From: Eledone cirrhosa
Lineage: Eukaryota
NCBI GenBank assembly: GCA_964016885.1
Contig: OZ024743.1
Span: 335,358,001-335,422,000, forward strand
Direction: 5' to 3'
Length of the DNA: 64,000 nucleotides
Below the pieces are notes generated by a model that saw only the letters and a list, made by a program, of their open reading frames with translations, ran no database searches and had not been told where the DNA came from. A program made the position numbers and the translations under genes. This document shows positions 28,331 through 42,643 of this stretch, piece by piece (position 1 is the stretch's first letter; each line of letters opens with the position of its first letter).

Positions 28331-28663
28331 GCGAGGAGCTCGCCCCGTGAGATATTATTCCGTTTGGAACGGTGGCGGAAGTCGAAACGATTTACTGCGC
28401 TACGGCTGGCAACGACGAACGCGTCCAGGGTGCTAAATTGCCCTGGGGCCGGTTCTAAGAAGATGGTCGTCGGCCAAGTGCGAGAAACGGGTCTGGGGCG
28501 TCCGGAGCCGGTGGCGTTCGGCCGAAATATGCCTGTAGCTTCGTGCGTCGCACGAATCGCTCGACTTCCGTTCGGGTGCGGAACTCGTCGCTGTGCGGAG
28601 TGTGGGGTATGAAGCGAAGGCCTCTACTAAGGAGTGAGCGTTCAGTTCGGAGAGTGGGAGGTG

Positions 28664-28747
<84 letters not shown>

Positions 28748-28910
28748 AAATAATGCGTTTTAATGGTTATTAATCACGCAAATCGGATAAATCCTAGGAA
28801 AACCAGATATGTAAGATTCGAAACATTGGAGAATGGCCGGCATCGCAGGGCATTAATATGTAATTAAAGGAACCCCAAAGCCTTTTAGAAATGTAACAAA
28901 TGTTTCTTTT

Positions 28911-29004
28911 ATTTTTCTATACGTGTTTCAGTTGTGGGAAACAAGCCATAATCGATAATTTAGATTACTTCATTACTTAAACTCGTCGCCTCATCAGGAG
29001 TAAT
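28911..29004 (-). ncRNA. Candidate hammerhead in an unclassified pLTR-like module (28750-29345)
   Basis: attactc-CTGATGA-g...-GAAA-cacgta-TA-gaaaaat; stems are imperfect. Confidence 0.4.
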
Positions 29005-29346
29005 TGTAAAGTTAACGTTAAAATAGTCCCTTAGGAACGAACACAAATATAGAATTAAAAACAAAACAATATAAATGGTAATAATGTGTAACACACGATG
29101 TAAGTTATCACGTGGTGGCACTGTGGTTGTAGAAACTTCTGGTATTCTTGGTTCCCTACCAACTGCTATTGGATTGTATCTGGCCGAAACCCACAAAAGA
29201 AGGGTGTAAGTTTGTTTTAGGTGGAGGATACTCGTTCAGGCGTCACTTTCTCTGTATTTCTTTAAGTTGTAGCCATAAAGAAAAATTCTCTCTTTATTTG
29301 CAGGTAATATAATTATTAAAAACAAAGACAAAAAGGAGATAAATTT

Positions 29347-29586
<240 letters not shown>

Positions 29587-29587
29587 G

Positions 29588-29618
<31 letters not shown>

Positions 29619-29704
29619 CATATATATATATGTATATATGTGTATATATATATATATGTATGTATATATATATATATGTATATATATGCAAAGTTTTATT
29701 TATG

Positions 29705-29769
<65 letters not shown>

Positions 29770-29776
<7 letters not shown>

Positions 29777-30352
29777 TAAACAAATAATGAATAAAACAAT
29801 GAAACAGTTCCTTATATTAAACAAAAAAAGTTCATTATTTAACGATCGTTTCTAGGATATATATGTGTTAGAATTGGCATGCATATTCAACAGATCTATG
29901 TACAAAATTATACAAAATTATACAAACTATCAAGATTAAATATACATACCAACACATATATACGCCGTCTTCAGAAATAATCATAATAATAATAATAATA
30001 ATAATTGATTATTTCTGAAGACGGCGTATATATGTGTTGGTATGTATATTTAATCTTGATAGTTTGTATAATTTTGTATAATTTTGTACATAGATCTGTT
30101 GAATATGCATGCCAATTCTAACACATATATATCCTAGAAACGATCGTTAAATAATGAACTTTTTTTGTTTAATATAAGGAACTGTTTCATTGTTTTATTC
30201 ATTATTTGTTTAATATTTTATCTTGACTCTGTATACCGTTTATCTTTCACCGAAAGTGATTTTTCATTACATCTCTTCTTTCCATGATATCCGGAATACA
30301 TTGAGTTCTTCATACGGATTGGACACTACCGTAAACTCTTGGTAGATTTATC

Positions 30353-30354
<2 letters not shown>
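29770..30354. mobile_element. Family A fold-back element with two complete opposed hammerheads
   Basis: Arms 29770-29983 and 30006-30221 around an (ATA)n spacer; hammerheads at 29834-29981(-) and 30008-30155(+); nearly identical to 11583-12140. Confidence 0.9.
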
Positions 30355-30387
<33 letters not shown>

Positions 30388-30414
30388 GGAAAAATGAAAC
30401 AAAAGTTCATTTCT

Positions 30415-30448
<34 letters not shown>

Positions 30449-30555
30449 TAAATATATACACATATATATACATATATATATACACATATATATATACACA
30501 CATATAAATACATACACATATATATATACACACATATATATATACACATATATAA

Positions 30556-30604
<49 letters not shown>

Positions 30605-31639
30605 TATATAAATCCATATATATATATATATATACATATAGGAACAAGTAAGACCCCGACGGCTGAGCTCAAGCCGTTTCAACGGCTAATTCTGGACTGA
30701 ATGAAAATTTATTCTGGTATTTAAATAGCCGAGCTTATCAAGAGGTAATTCCATATATGGTCAAAGAGAAAATCACCAGGATTGGTCACATCACAAGTTA
30801 GTAGTAAATCGGTGATGGCAAATTGGTGGAGGAAGGGGTAGCTAAACCTGCCGGTAGGAGGAAAAGGGAGAGGGGGTGGAGTAGACCCATTCATGCGTTG
30901 GTAGTGCCGGCTACAGCTGGGCGTGAGGTCAAATGGATACTGGGGAGGGGAGGGGGATGAATTCGTAACGGTAAGTAGAACAATGAGGGGTAAAACTATA
31001 AACAGTACTGAGAGAGTAAAAAAATAAGCAAAGTCTGGTTACTAAGACTTAAGTCTCTCGCTATTGCTAGGATAAATAAATAAATAAATAAATAAATAAA
31101 CAAATACGCGAATAAAAGATAAATAAATTTAAAAATATATATAATGAAGAATAAAATACTAAAGAGACCGCCACGAAATAATAAAGGTTTCTACCCCAAT
31201 CACAGGGTAGCAATCACCCAGTGCAAGAAAGTAAACTAGTACGAGAATATAATTTAGGGTCCCGCAAAAAAATACTAGTGCTAACACTAAGGGTACCGCC
31301 ACGAAACGAAAAGTTTTATACACGCTACATGAAGGATCGTACGAAGTAAAAGTAAAGAACGGAAAATTAATACAGAAACCCCCCCCCCCCCCCCCAAACA
31401 AAAGGGAGAAAGAAGAAAGAAATACTGGATAAACGAGAAAGTAAAGCAAATATGCCACTAAGAAATATAGAAGGCACGGAAAAAAGGGACATCGGTCGGA
31501 AGGGGGCAAGTATCCGAAGTCTAACAACTCTGCTATAAAAAGCGGAGTCAGCTACAAGGGACCGAGGGGCTACCTAGGGTGGGCGAGAAAAAGACGACGA
31601 CAAAAAAAAAAAAAAACGACAATCAGGACTTCGGTACCA

Positions 31640-33640
31640 AGGAGAGATTCGGATTTATTACCTACAAATCCCCCCCCCCCCAGAACCCTTTGCTCTAACC
31701 CTTTGAGAATGACCTCTTCCAACTGGTGAAGAACCTTAAATTCAAACCCAGACACAACCGATTCCAACAAAAACTCCGTAGCAACTTAACAGAGTATGAT
31801 AACACCAATGACATCATGGTGCATTCGGATAAAAATGGGAACCTATACTTTATCAACCCCGACAGTAACCACACACTAATCAGGAGCAGCCTAAACTCCA
31901 CCTATAAAAAGGTTAACCACTCATGAGGACATTAATCGAGATGGACACAAAATTACCTCCAGCCTCGGGGTCGCTGACCGCACCGAACCCCTAGAACCAC
32001 GGACACCATACTTCACACTGAATAACCACAAATCTGATTTCGACCGTAAACCATCTATCAGGCTTATAAACCCAACGAAGTCCGACATAGGGAGAATCAG
32101 CAAAAAAATCCTAGACCGCGTGATACCAAAAGTCAAGCAACACGCCCGACTTAGCCTATGGATCAACACCCAGGAAGTTATCTCATGGTTCAGCAATATG
32201 GAGGAAAAACGAGACACTAAATTTATCCAGTTCGACATAGAGAGCTACTATGCTTCAATCACCTTACCGCTACTTACTGCCGCCTTGGACCTCGCCGAAG
32301 CACTTGTGCCCATCACCGTCCAGGAAAGAAAAATCATCCTCCATGCCAGGAAGACAGTCTTACTCTTTGACAACTCCAAATGGATAAAAAGAGCTCCCGA
32401 CTCACCCTTCGACGTCAGCATGGGCGCGACGGATTCGGCGGAGGTCACAGATCTTATAGGATTATTCCTTATAGCCAAACTCACCGATATGTTTCCTGCT
32501 TTCGGTGGTGGATTGTACCGTGATGATGGGCTCCTTACCCTTAAAGGGTACAACCCCAGTAGTACAGATCGGGTTCGTAAACAATTAATCAGCTTCTTCC
32601 GCGACTGGGGATTTAAAATAACCCTACAAACGTCCCTGACCCGAGTTAATTTCCTGGACGTTACCCTTGATCTCAATAATGACCTGTACTACCCATACAG
32701 GAAACCCAATGACAACCTGCACTACATCCACCGCCGATCTAACCATCCTAGGAACATCACCAACAACCTGGTCAAAAACATCTCCCTCCGCATATCCCGT
32801 CTGTCAGCTAATGAGAAGATATTCGATGAACATGCGCCTTACTACAACCAGGCCCTCAAGCGGAGTGGTTTCCGGGAGGAAATATCCTACTGTCCAGCTC
32901 CCATTAGCGGAACCAGCAGGCGACACCGCCGCTCACGCAATGTAACATGGTTCAATCCTCCCCACAACGCCGAGGTGACAACTCCCATCGGGAAAATTTT
33001 CTTTAGGCTCATTGAAAAACACTTCCCACCACAACACCGCTAGCAAAACATAATTAACAAAAATACCATCAAACTCTCTTACAGCACTACACCTAACTTC
33101 GCACAAAACATCGTCTCCTCCAACAACAAAAAACTCAACCCCGATGGAAGTAACAACCCAAATAGCAGTGGAGAGCCGACCAGGAGGTGCAATTGTCCTG
33201 ATAGATCCAGTTGCCCCCTCGACAACAGATGCAGAGACCGTAATGTGATCTACGAGTGCAACGTGAGGACGGACACGTCCAACAAAGCTTATATAGGATT
33301 AACCACATGTGACTTCAAGACCCGGCTATACCAACACAGACATACCTTCCGAAACCCGGCCCGGCGTTACGCCACTACACTTTCGGGCCACATATGGGAC
33401 CTCAAGGACAACAACATCAACTATGATCTCACTTGGAAATTACTGTCCAGAGCCAACTCTTACACGGGAGGACGCCGTCCGTGCAATTTATGCTCGGAGG
33501 AAACTTTACAAATGTTGTTTTCGACGGACCAACTCCTAAACAAGAAAGATGAACTGGTTACTGCATGTAAACACCGATTACGTAGGACTTACCTCTCCCT
33601 CAAACCCCATAATGACCCGGGGGGGGGGGGGGTAGACTAG
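31640..33640 (+). pseudogene. PLE polyprotein (RT + GIY-YIG) with few lesions
   Basis: FIQFDIESYYASI, MGATDSAEVTDLIG, GLYRDDGL, NFLDVTLDL, YIHRRSNHP, VTWFNPP, YIGLTTCDFKTRLYQH, CNLCSEE, LLNKKDELVTACKHR; in-frame TAG at 33041-33043, frameshift near 31922, stop near 31697. Confidence 0.93.
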
Positions 33641-34679
33641 GGCTATAACACCCCACTTGCCTATTTTGTAATGGGTAACCCCTGCTTGCCAATGGAGACG
33701 TAAGATCTTCTTTTACATTCTTTTATCCCTTTCTCTATATTTCCTTCTTCCCCCATCCCTCCCTAGTCCTTCTACCCCAGTGCCTTTTTTTTTTTTTTTC
33801 TTTGTCGTCGTCTTTTTCTCGCCCACCCGAGGTATCCCCTCGGTCCCTTGTAGCTTCAACACCCCCACCCCCTTCCCCTATTCTATGATAGATTTGGCTG
33901 ACTCCGCTTTTTATAGCAGAGGTGTTAGACTTCGGATACTTGCCCCCTTTTCCGACCGATGTCCCTTTTTTCAGTGCCTTCTATATTTCTTAGTGGCATC
34001 TTTGCTTTAATTTTTCGTTTATCCAGTATTTCTTTCTTCTTTTTCCCTTTTGTTTGTGGTGTGTGTGTGGGGGGGGGGGGTTCTGTATTAATTTTCCGTT
34101 CTTTACTTTTACTTCGTACGATCTTTCATGTAGCGTGTATAAGACTTTTCGTTTCGTGGCGGTACCCTTAGAGTTAGCACTAGTATTTTTTTGCGGGACC
34201 CTAAATTATATTCTCGTACTAGTTTACTTTCTTGCACTGGGTGGTTGCTGGCCCTGTGATTGGGGTAGAAACCTTTATTATTTTGTGGCAGTCTCTTTAG
34301 TATGTTATTCTTCATTATATATATTTTAAAATTTATTTATCTATTCTTTTATTCACGTATTTGTTTATTTATTTATTTATGTATTTCTTTATCCTAGCAA
34401 TAGCGAGAGACTTAAGTCTTAGTAACCAGACTTTGCTTATTTTTTTTCTCTCTCAGTACTGTTTATAGTTTAACCCCTCATTGTTCTACTTACCGTTTCG
34501 AATTCCTCCCCCTCCCTCTCCCCAGTATCCATTTGACCTCACGCCCAGCTGTAGCCGGCACTACCAACGCATGAATGGGTCTACTCCACCGCCTCTGCCT
34601 TTTTCTCCTACCGGCAGGTTTAGCTACCCCTTCCCCCACCAAGTTGCTGCTGATTGTCTCTTTGACCATATATGGAATT

Positions 34680-34773
34680 ACCCCTTGATAAGCTCAGCTA
34701 TTTAAATACCAGAATAAATTTTCATTCAGTCCAGAATTAGCCGTCGAAACGTCTTGAGCTCAGCCGTCGGGGT
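34680..34773 (+). ncRNA. Type I hammerhead with U3-A8 core and a long stem III (family C); inverted copy 30653-30746
   Basis: acccc-TTGATAA-gctc(a/g)gcta...tagccgtc-GAAA-cg(g/t)ct-tgagctc-agcc-GTC-ggggt. Confidence 0.8.
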
Positions 34774-34934
34774 CTTACTTGTTCCTATTACCCACTCTAC
34801 TACCCTAAGTATTGAGTACTTTGGTGCGTTATGGTCCACCTGGTTCCTTACCACATTTCCGTCGTTATATATACATATATATATATATATAAAACCTCGC
34901 AAAACAAATATATATATATATACACACAGGTGAT

Positions 34935-35170
34935 TGAAAGGTATGTCGTATCTATTTATTTATAAGACTGTTTATATTGTATTTTGTCTGAAGATGGCAT
35001 AACATATTGTTAATATGATATCCCTGAAATATATATAACGAAATAAATATGGTTTTATAAATATAGTTTCCATTTATTTAATATCATAAATATACTCCAA
35101 ATACTTGTTGAGTGCTTTTATATCAGTTATAAATATTTACTCGTTGTTAACCCAACAATTTAAATATAAC
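34935..35170 (+). mobile_element. Family E pLTR module, hammerhead 34980-35045
   Basis: tattttgt-CTGAAGA-...-GAAA-tatata-TA-acgaaata; homologous to 54330-54470. Confidence 0.7.
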
Positions 35171-35257
35171 TTTCCATGTATATATACACATATATATAAA
35201 CATATACACATACATATATATATGTATATATATATATATATATATAATATAAACATA

Positions 35258-35310
<53 letters not shown>

Positions 35311-35529
35311 AACATATATACATATATACATATATACACACATATGTATATATATATATATACATATATATATACATATATATATATAAATATACATATA
35401 AATGTATACACACACGAACACACACACACAGACACACACACACATATATATATACATAATCAGAAAAATAAAAATAACAAACAAAAAAATTAACAAACTA
35501 AAATACTGCCAACAATAACATACACATCC

Positions 35530-37063
35530 GACGGCTATCGCACTGCTTGAATGAAAAAATATAACCTCCAACAATGTATGAGGACCATCATCAATAACCA
35601 GAGGACAGCTGAAGTGAGGTGGGCCATTGAGAAATTAAAACTCAACCCCAAAGTGTTCTTTTCATTTGCGAAAAAACACAAGGTCACCGTCTCCACTGTT
35701 GGACCTCTAATTGATGAAAATGGCACACTCCATGATAATGCTAAAACCACGGGTGAGATACTGCAGAAACAATACTGCTCTATTTTCAGCAATCTTGATA
35801 TGGCCGATCTGGGCCGTATCAGTGATATTAATCCCCAACACACTATCTCGACATAACTTTTGGCGCTTCCAATATCTTAGCGGCAATAAACGAAATCAAA
35901 CACAATTCAGCAGTAGGCCCGATAGGTTCTCTGCTTGTGTCCTGAAGGTGTGTCCTCACCAACTTGCATCTCCTCTTGCTAATCTGTGGAGGAACTCACT
36001 GGATGCTGGCTATATTGGTGAAAACTTCGTCCCACAAGGCACTGTGTCGGGCCCACTTCTATTCATCATTTCCATTAATGACATTACTGACATCATCAAG
36101 CACAGCGACATAAGAATGTTTGCAGATGATTCCAAGCTCCAGAAGGTCATCAATGAAGTGGGTGACCGGACATGCCTTCGATCAGACATACTGACTGTTA
36201 TCCAATGGGCGGAAAAGAACAATATGCTGCTGAACGAGCATAAATTTGAATTAATCCACTTTGGAAAAGAGGATGCCCTGAAACTCCCATACTTCAGGTG
36301 AAATTCTCGTGGCATCCAACAATATCAGAGACTTGGGTGTAATTGTGGACAATAACATAAGTTGGGCCACTCATATATACAGCAAAGTTGACACGAACCA
36401 CATGATGGGTTCCTGGATTCTCAGAACCTTCCAGTCGAGAGATATCCACACTGGTATCCTTCTCTTCTCCACTTTTGCTCGACCCAAACTTAAATACTGT
36501 TGTCCACTGTGGCCTCCCCACACGGAACAAAGTATCATGAAATTTGAACCACCCCAAATATCAATTACAAAAAATATAGATGGCATGACAGGCCTTGACT
36601 ATTGGAGTCGATTAGAAAAGCTCAATCTTTATTCTCTCCAACGTCGCCGTGAACGCTACATTATCTGCATGATCTGGAAAATATTCCATCAGCTTTGCCC
36701 AAATTATGTTGGTATCACCTTTAAGGTACATCCAAGGCTTGAGCCCTGTGCTATCCGCCCTCTGCAAAAATCAAACTCGCATCTCTTATTTCACCTCAAT
36801 TGGCCCCGCTCTCTTTAACATTTCACCAAAATACTGTAAAACAGAAACATACCCCATCAAGTTCAAGAAGTCTTTGGACAAATACCTTCAAGAAATCCCG
36901 GATAAACCTCCTACACCCGGATATGCCTCCGCAAACAGTAACTCTCTACTTGAGTGGGCCCTGGTGCCCAAAATCTGATTTGAAAGACTTCGCCAGGTGG
37001 TGCTATTAAGTTAGACATGGCCTGGGCCAATATTGACGGAAACCTATCAAAGTTATCAAAGTT
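35530..37063 (+). mobile_element. CR1/L2-like LINE ORF2 remnant with an internal deletion
   Basis: NPKVFFSFAKK; CPHQLASPLANLW joined directly to VPQGTVSGPLLFIISIND; MFADDSKL; RDLGVIVD; RPKLKYCCPLW; YSLQRRRERY; short tandem tail TATCAAAGT. Confidence 0.88.
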
Positions 37064-37077
37064 TATATATATATATG

Positions 37078-37627
37078 TAGATTTTGAATATGTGTTGGTT
37101 GTATACCAACACCTCAGTATGCAGGCGGGAGCACTCGACGAAGTGCGCAGGTTGATTTGGTTACTCCGGAGTAATGTAAAATAAAGTAAAATAAAAGTCA
37201 AATGTTTAAAATTTAGCTTCGTTTATTACTGCTATATATATTTCGGTGACAGCCATCTTTGGCTCTGACCTCTTCAGGCAGTCCGTATTAGTGTGGTATA
37301 GACAAGTACATATGTTGTTGAGGTGTATAATTTTGTCAATACTCTGATATGCCCAGTTCCTGGTTGGGTTGTTATTTCACTGAGGAACTGGAATCATATG
37401 ATCATATGATCATATGATTCCAGTTCCTCAGTGAAATAACAACCCAACCAGGAACTGGGCATATCAGAGTATTGACAAAATTATACACCTCAACAACATA
37501 TGTACTTGTCTATACCACACTAATACGGACTGCCTGAAGAGGTCAGAGCCAAAGATGGCTGTCACCGAAATATATATAGCAGTAATAAACGAAGCTAAAT
37601 TTTAAACATTTGACTTTTATTTTACTT

Positions 37628-37632
<5 letters not shown>
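37078..37632. mobile_element. Family D fold-back element with opposed hammerheads
   Basis: Perfect ~220-bp arms around (CATATGAT)x3 at 37391-37420; hammerheads at 37228-37282(-) and 37529-37583(+). Confidence 0.9.
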
Positions 37633-37684
<52 letters not shown>

Positions 37685-37739
37685 TATGCATACATACATT
37701 TATATCCATATAATCACATAAAAATACATACCTCTATAA

Positions 37740-37971
<232 letters not shown>

Positions 37972-38299
37972 GCACACACAGAAGAAAAGCAGTATATAAT
38001 ACAGACCAAAAGACCCATGGAAAAACATTTAAAATCATCTCGTGCATTAAAAAGTGTCTAGATTATGTACGTATTAATAAAATAAACATGGACAAATATG
38101 CAATTAGAAATATTAGTAGAGGGCTGCATAAGCAAACATTAAGGCAGATAGAAGTTCACCTATATCAGACTTAAGTAGAAATATAACAATAAGTAATTAA
38201 TATACAGCCTAAATTGAGGGTATAATCAAATTCATAAAATTATTAGTAGATTAAGTAGTTAAAATTACCGGAAAGGAAAGAATGGAAATGTTTATGTAG

Positions 38300-39200
38300 A
38301 CACCATAAGAACATTTCAGCTGTGTTGTTTAAGAAATTTGATCTAGAGCTAATTATTTCTAGTGGTTCTCTGAATCATAAGCGACATCCAAACATTCCCG
38401 GCTGGTATGCGGTGCAGCGCGCTGCTCAAAATAGACCAATGTAGTCATTAAACATTTTCAAGTCCCATATAAAGTGGGTGAGTGTGGTGAGTGAGGTGAA
38501 ATTCCTAAGATTTTCATTATTGTAAATGTGAGTAGTTCCTTGGTTTTAATTTATTAGCTGTAGAACTCATTTAGAAACAAGTGTTATTATGAGTAGATAC
38601 AGAACACTGGTCTATAATATTGCTTCTAAAGCAATGTCCATTAAGTGGGCATTGATTAGGCTTCCTTCTGATACACTTAAGTTTATTATCCTTATTATGC
38701 GAGGAATTAGTTTAACTAATAGAAGTGGTTCCTGTTCTATTAGAATTATCAAGTTTGTATATTGCACGGATGTGTTTCCTGATTTTACTATTATTGTTAG
38801 AGTCAAGATAGTCCGCAAAATTAGCTGCACTGGAGAAAGACAGCTTAAATGTGATTTTATTAAAAAGTCCAGGATATCTATTATTAGGAAGTTTTGTGTA
38901 TTATATTAAAAGCTATTTTATGTATATTATATTAAAAGCTATTTTATGTATATTTGAATCTAATTGTCGACCGAATAGTGGATACAACCAGGTGGGGGGA
39001 AGAGCGACGCTTCCTTTTCTTAATTACAGGTTGAAAAGTTATATTATGGGAAATGATAAAGGGAGGAATGATTGTACTTTTAACTGATTCATTGATTTTA
39101 GATTTAAGTGATTTAAAAATATTAAGCGTTCTTGGGATTAGATTTAGTTTTAAAATCATATTGATAGAAGTGACCTTTATATTTTAATTTACTGTTGGAG
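38300..39200 (-). mobile_element. Old, heavily decayed PLE endonuclease half
   Basis: Minus-strand fragments TWLYPLFGRQLDSNI (cf. TWFNPPFS..V.TNI), THFIWDLK, WSILSSA, AYQPGMFGCRL. Confidence 0.55.
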
Positions 39201-39267
39201 TTATTACTATTATTTATACTAGTATTATTGGGATTGTTGGTGTTGTGATTACTAATGATACTATCTA

Positions 39268-39730
39268 CACCGCCTTTCACCCTTACGGGGTCGATAAAAT
39301 AAAGTACCAGTAATGTACTGCAATATATGCTGCCGTTGTGCCAAAAGAAGAAAGAATTATTTTTTATTATGAAAGTAGTTGTTATTATTATTACTAATAT
39401 TATTATCAACATTCATGGCGTTGAGATTAATATTGATATAGTTATTATTATTATGGTGGTGGATTGGCAGTATCGGTAGAGGGTCGGACGCCATGATTTG
39501 CAGCAAAGAGTTACGGTCTTTTATGGTCTGAGTTCAAATCCCGCCGAGGTTAACTTTGCCTTTCATCCTTACGGGGTCGATATCATAAAGTACCAGTAAT
39601 GTACTGGGTAATTGCTAGCCTTGTGCCAAAAACAATTATTATTATTATGAAAGTAGTTATGATTATTACTAATATTATTATCAATATTCATGACGTTGTG
39701 ATTAATATTGATATTGTTATTATTATTATT
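39268..39730 (+). mobile_element. Partial SINE (39268-39356) and full SINE (39455-39634) with duplicated ATT-rich flank
   Basis: SINE core in both; ~95-bp flank repeated at 39356-39453 and 39635-39730. Confidence 0.85.
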
Positions 39731-40301
39731 GATACTATTTGTATTGAGATTACCTTTAATATTATAATTATGTAATTTATTCTTTAATAATCCAAATGTA
39801 AGGTTTTAATTTTTTGTATTATTAAAATTGATAATATAAAAGATACTGTTTTTAATTTTCGGCAAAGCCAGCTGTAAAATCACTCGGTATGCAAATAAGG
39901 TTAATTAGCTGATGTATACTTTAGAAAATACCATATATTTTCAAGGGTTCAAGCGAGTGGGAGAAAGAGATGCACAATCTTGACAAAGGACAATAACCAT
40001 GAAACAACATTGTTGATTGTTTTCCATGCCATTGCTAGAACAAAAGATGTCAGTAGTCATCTGAAAAACATAGCGTAATGAGGCTGTTTGCTTCCAAACG
40101 AATCGAATATGATTATTATTCGATATAAAACTCACAAATACATTATTTACCTGTTGACTGTTACGTATATTTTATACAGCTACAATTGCTGTGCCAGTTT
40201 TATTTTCAATAAAATAACTATTTCTTTAAACACATTTATTATCAATACATATCTGAGTGATTGAAAATCGTCACATTAATAAACTAGTAACCCCACATAT
40301 A

Positions 40302-40405
40302 TTTGAAGTTAGGAACTATTAGAAACGAGTTTATAACTTTGAAGTTATGAACTGTTAGAAACGAGTTCATAACTTTGAAGTTATGAACTGTTGGAAAAGA
40401 GTTCA
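40302..40405. repeat. 36-bp tandem repeat (~3 units), internally palindromic
   Basis: TTTGAAGTTATGAACTGTTAGAAACGAGTTCATAAC at 40302, 40338 and 40374. Confidence 0.8.
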
Positions 40406-40845
40406 AACATGTTACGACGAGATATCTCGTCTACGGCACTGAAGAGGTTAAAGTCACTAGCAGAAAACCACGCGAAGGGTGGTTTTCTGCTAGCATGTGT
40501 AGTGTGTATATTGATATTATACGCAAGTATATATGCATGTAGATATGATACATCAAATAAAATCGTAATTGACAATATACACAGAAATTGAACGAAGACT
40601 GCGTTACACTGTCTTATCACTGTCCATTCTACATTAAAAAAAGACGATATTATATATAACCAGCATTAGGTGAAAATTAGTGACGGAAATATATGAATGT
40701 TTATTTAAGCGATCGCTAACCGGAAGTGTTGACATTTGAACATTTTAAAGAAGTGAATTTTTAAATAAGTAATAAAATATATTTAATGAACAGCCACGAA
40801 ATTTAGTAAATGAATTATGTAATATTCATTCATTATTTATTCAAA

Positions 40846-40944
40846 GTTAATTTTGCCTTTCATCCTTATGGGGTCGATAAAGTACCAGTAATTGCACTGG
40901 GTATTTGCTGGCCTTGTAAACACTTGTGCCAAAAGTAGAAACAA
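40846..40944 (+). mobile_element. 5'-truncated SINE
   Basis: GTTAATTTTGCCTTTCATCCTTATGGGGTCGATAAAG...AGTAGAAACA; ATTATTTATTCAAAGT duplicated on both sides. Confidence 0.85.
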
Positions 40945-41280
40945 TTATTTATTCAAAGTAATCCAACTTATTTTACAAACGGGATGAAAAAATATATTCT
41001 GGATGCAGTCACACACTTCTTACTTTATTATAGTTTAGATTAGCTGTATCATTAGTGAGGCAATGAGTGTAAGTAATGAAGAAATCGAAATTGTCGATAG
41101 TGGATTGCATCTCATGACTGAAACACATATAGAAAAATAAATAAAAGAACTGTTACATTTATAAAAGCCTTTGGTGTTCCTTTAAATATTTATGAATTTG
41201 GCGAATTTGGTATAGTGATTAGAATGTTGGATAGAGTGTTTTGCAGTATCAATCTGGCTCCCACTCTCCACTCTCTCTCT

Positions 41281-41333
<53 letters not shown>

Positions 41334-41627
41334 GCCACCATGGTTAACATTGCCTTTCATTTATTCGACGTAGATAAAATGTACCAGACTATTATTAGAG
41401 AAGCTGGCTTATTTTCCTCTATATCCCTTCCTCACTTTCTATCCTTTTCTGTTAGAAATATGTTGTGTTCTGACGTGGAGAGGAATGGGGTGCGCCACAC
41501 TTTACAATGCCCAAACCACGTCGTATACCCCAACTGCACCTCTAAGACCCCATCAGGAGTTAAAGGATCATCACATACACACACATACACATACATACAT
41601 ACATACATACATACATACATACATACA

Positions 41628-41661
<34 letters not shown>

Positions 41662-41663
<2 letters not shown>

Positions 41664-41812
41664 GAAGTGGTTACACAACAGTTAGTTCACCATACCGAGA
41701 AACAATTGTTCTCGGTATGGTGAACTAACTGTTGTGTAACCACTTCTACCTAACTCGTACCCTGGACTGAGTGCTCTACCACTACGGATATTACCTTCCA
41801 GTGTTCTACCAC

Positions 41813-41814
<2 letters not shown>
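41662..41814. mobile_element. Family H fold-back element
   Basis: 41662-41748 is palindromic about AACAATTGTT; 41749-41814 is the terminal extension, inverted at 8515-8580. Confidence 0.85.
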
Positions 41815-41882
<68 letters not shown>

Positions 41883-42311
41883 CTTGTGTGTATGTTTGTG
41901 TGTGTGCGCACGTGCGTTTGTGTGTGTGTGTGTGTGTGTATTTATTATGTGAAGAGAATATGTTATGAAATATATTGTTAATCTGTACCTCTTATATTAT
42001 AACAAAGTATCACAGACAGCCTGAAATATACAATGAAGCAGTCATGTGGTTTTCTTTTATTTGATACTGACATAGCAAACGAAAGATTCGGAATGCAGTT
42101 ATTAACGAAAACAATTAGCTTTAGCAAACTGCATTTATCCTCATACCAGGTGGCTTGGATCTGATACTGTTATCTTAACAGATTATTAGAATGCTTTAGA
42201 TTCACCCACACAAAGAACTGCGCATGTGCATTTATATATATCTATGCGTGTGTGTATATATATACTTTATATATATATATAAATATATATATATAAATAT
42301 ATATATATATT

Positions 42312-42564
42312 TAAAGGTTAAACAAGGTTCAATGAATAAATCACAGAATGAGTTTTACAATGGATTGGAAGCACACCACAGTAATGGTTCTCAGGAGTTA
42401 TTAATTCCAAATATTAACAAAAATAGACATTCGTGTGATCAAGTATATTTTATTATACATATTTCAGAGGTACTGTGCTATCTTCAACAGTACGTCCTCA
42501 TCAGATAAAATAAGATGATGCATGACATACCCTGACTTAGTAGATGGTTAAGATTCAGTCAATA

Positions 42565-42643
<79 letters not shown>

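Larger units (their letters stand above)
24905..28640 (-). mobile_element. GC-rich PLE (Neptune-like), near full length, frameshifted
   Basis: IKPADKGGAVVVW; PTIYFLPKLHKPDNPGRPIVSACNCPTE; FTLDIKSLYTVIPH; YQQVTGVAMGTRMGPNYANLFVG; YIDD; FFKPTDSHSYL; endonuclease RRIADRFTEHLRDI..ARHF..EQRTIFILQTHTPSGLN. Confidence 0.92.
30639..34866 (+). mobile_element. Near full-length PLE (Penelope/Poseidon-like) bracketed by ~1-kb inverted pLTRs
   Basis: 30639-31616 mirrors 33785-34787; coding region ~31640-33640; flanked by TA-rich microsatellite. Confidence 0.95.

Noticed and set aside
40302-40405. 36-bp palindromic repeats resembling CRISPR repeats
   Set aside because: Units are contiguous with no spacers, there are no cas genes, and the context is eukaryotic.
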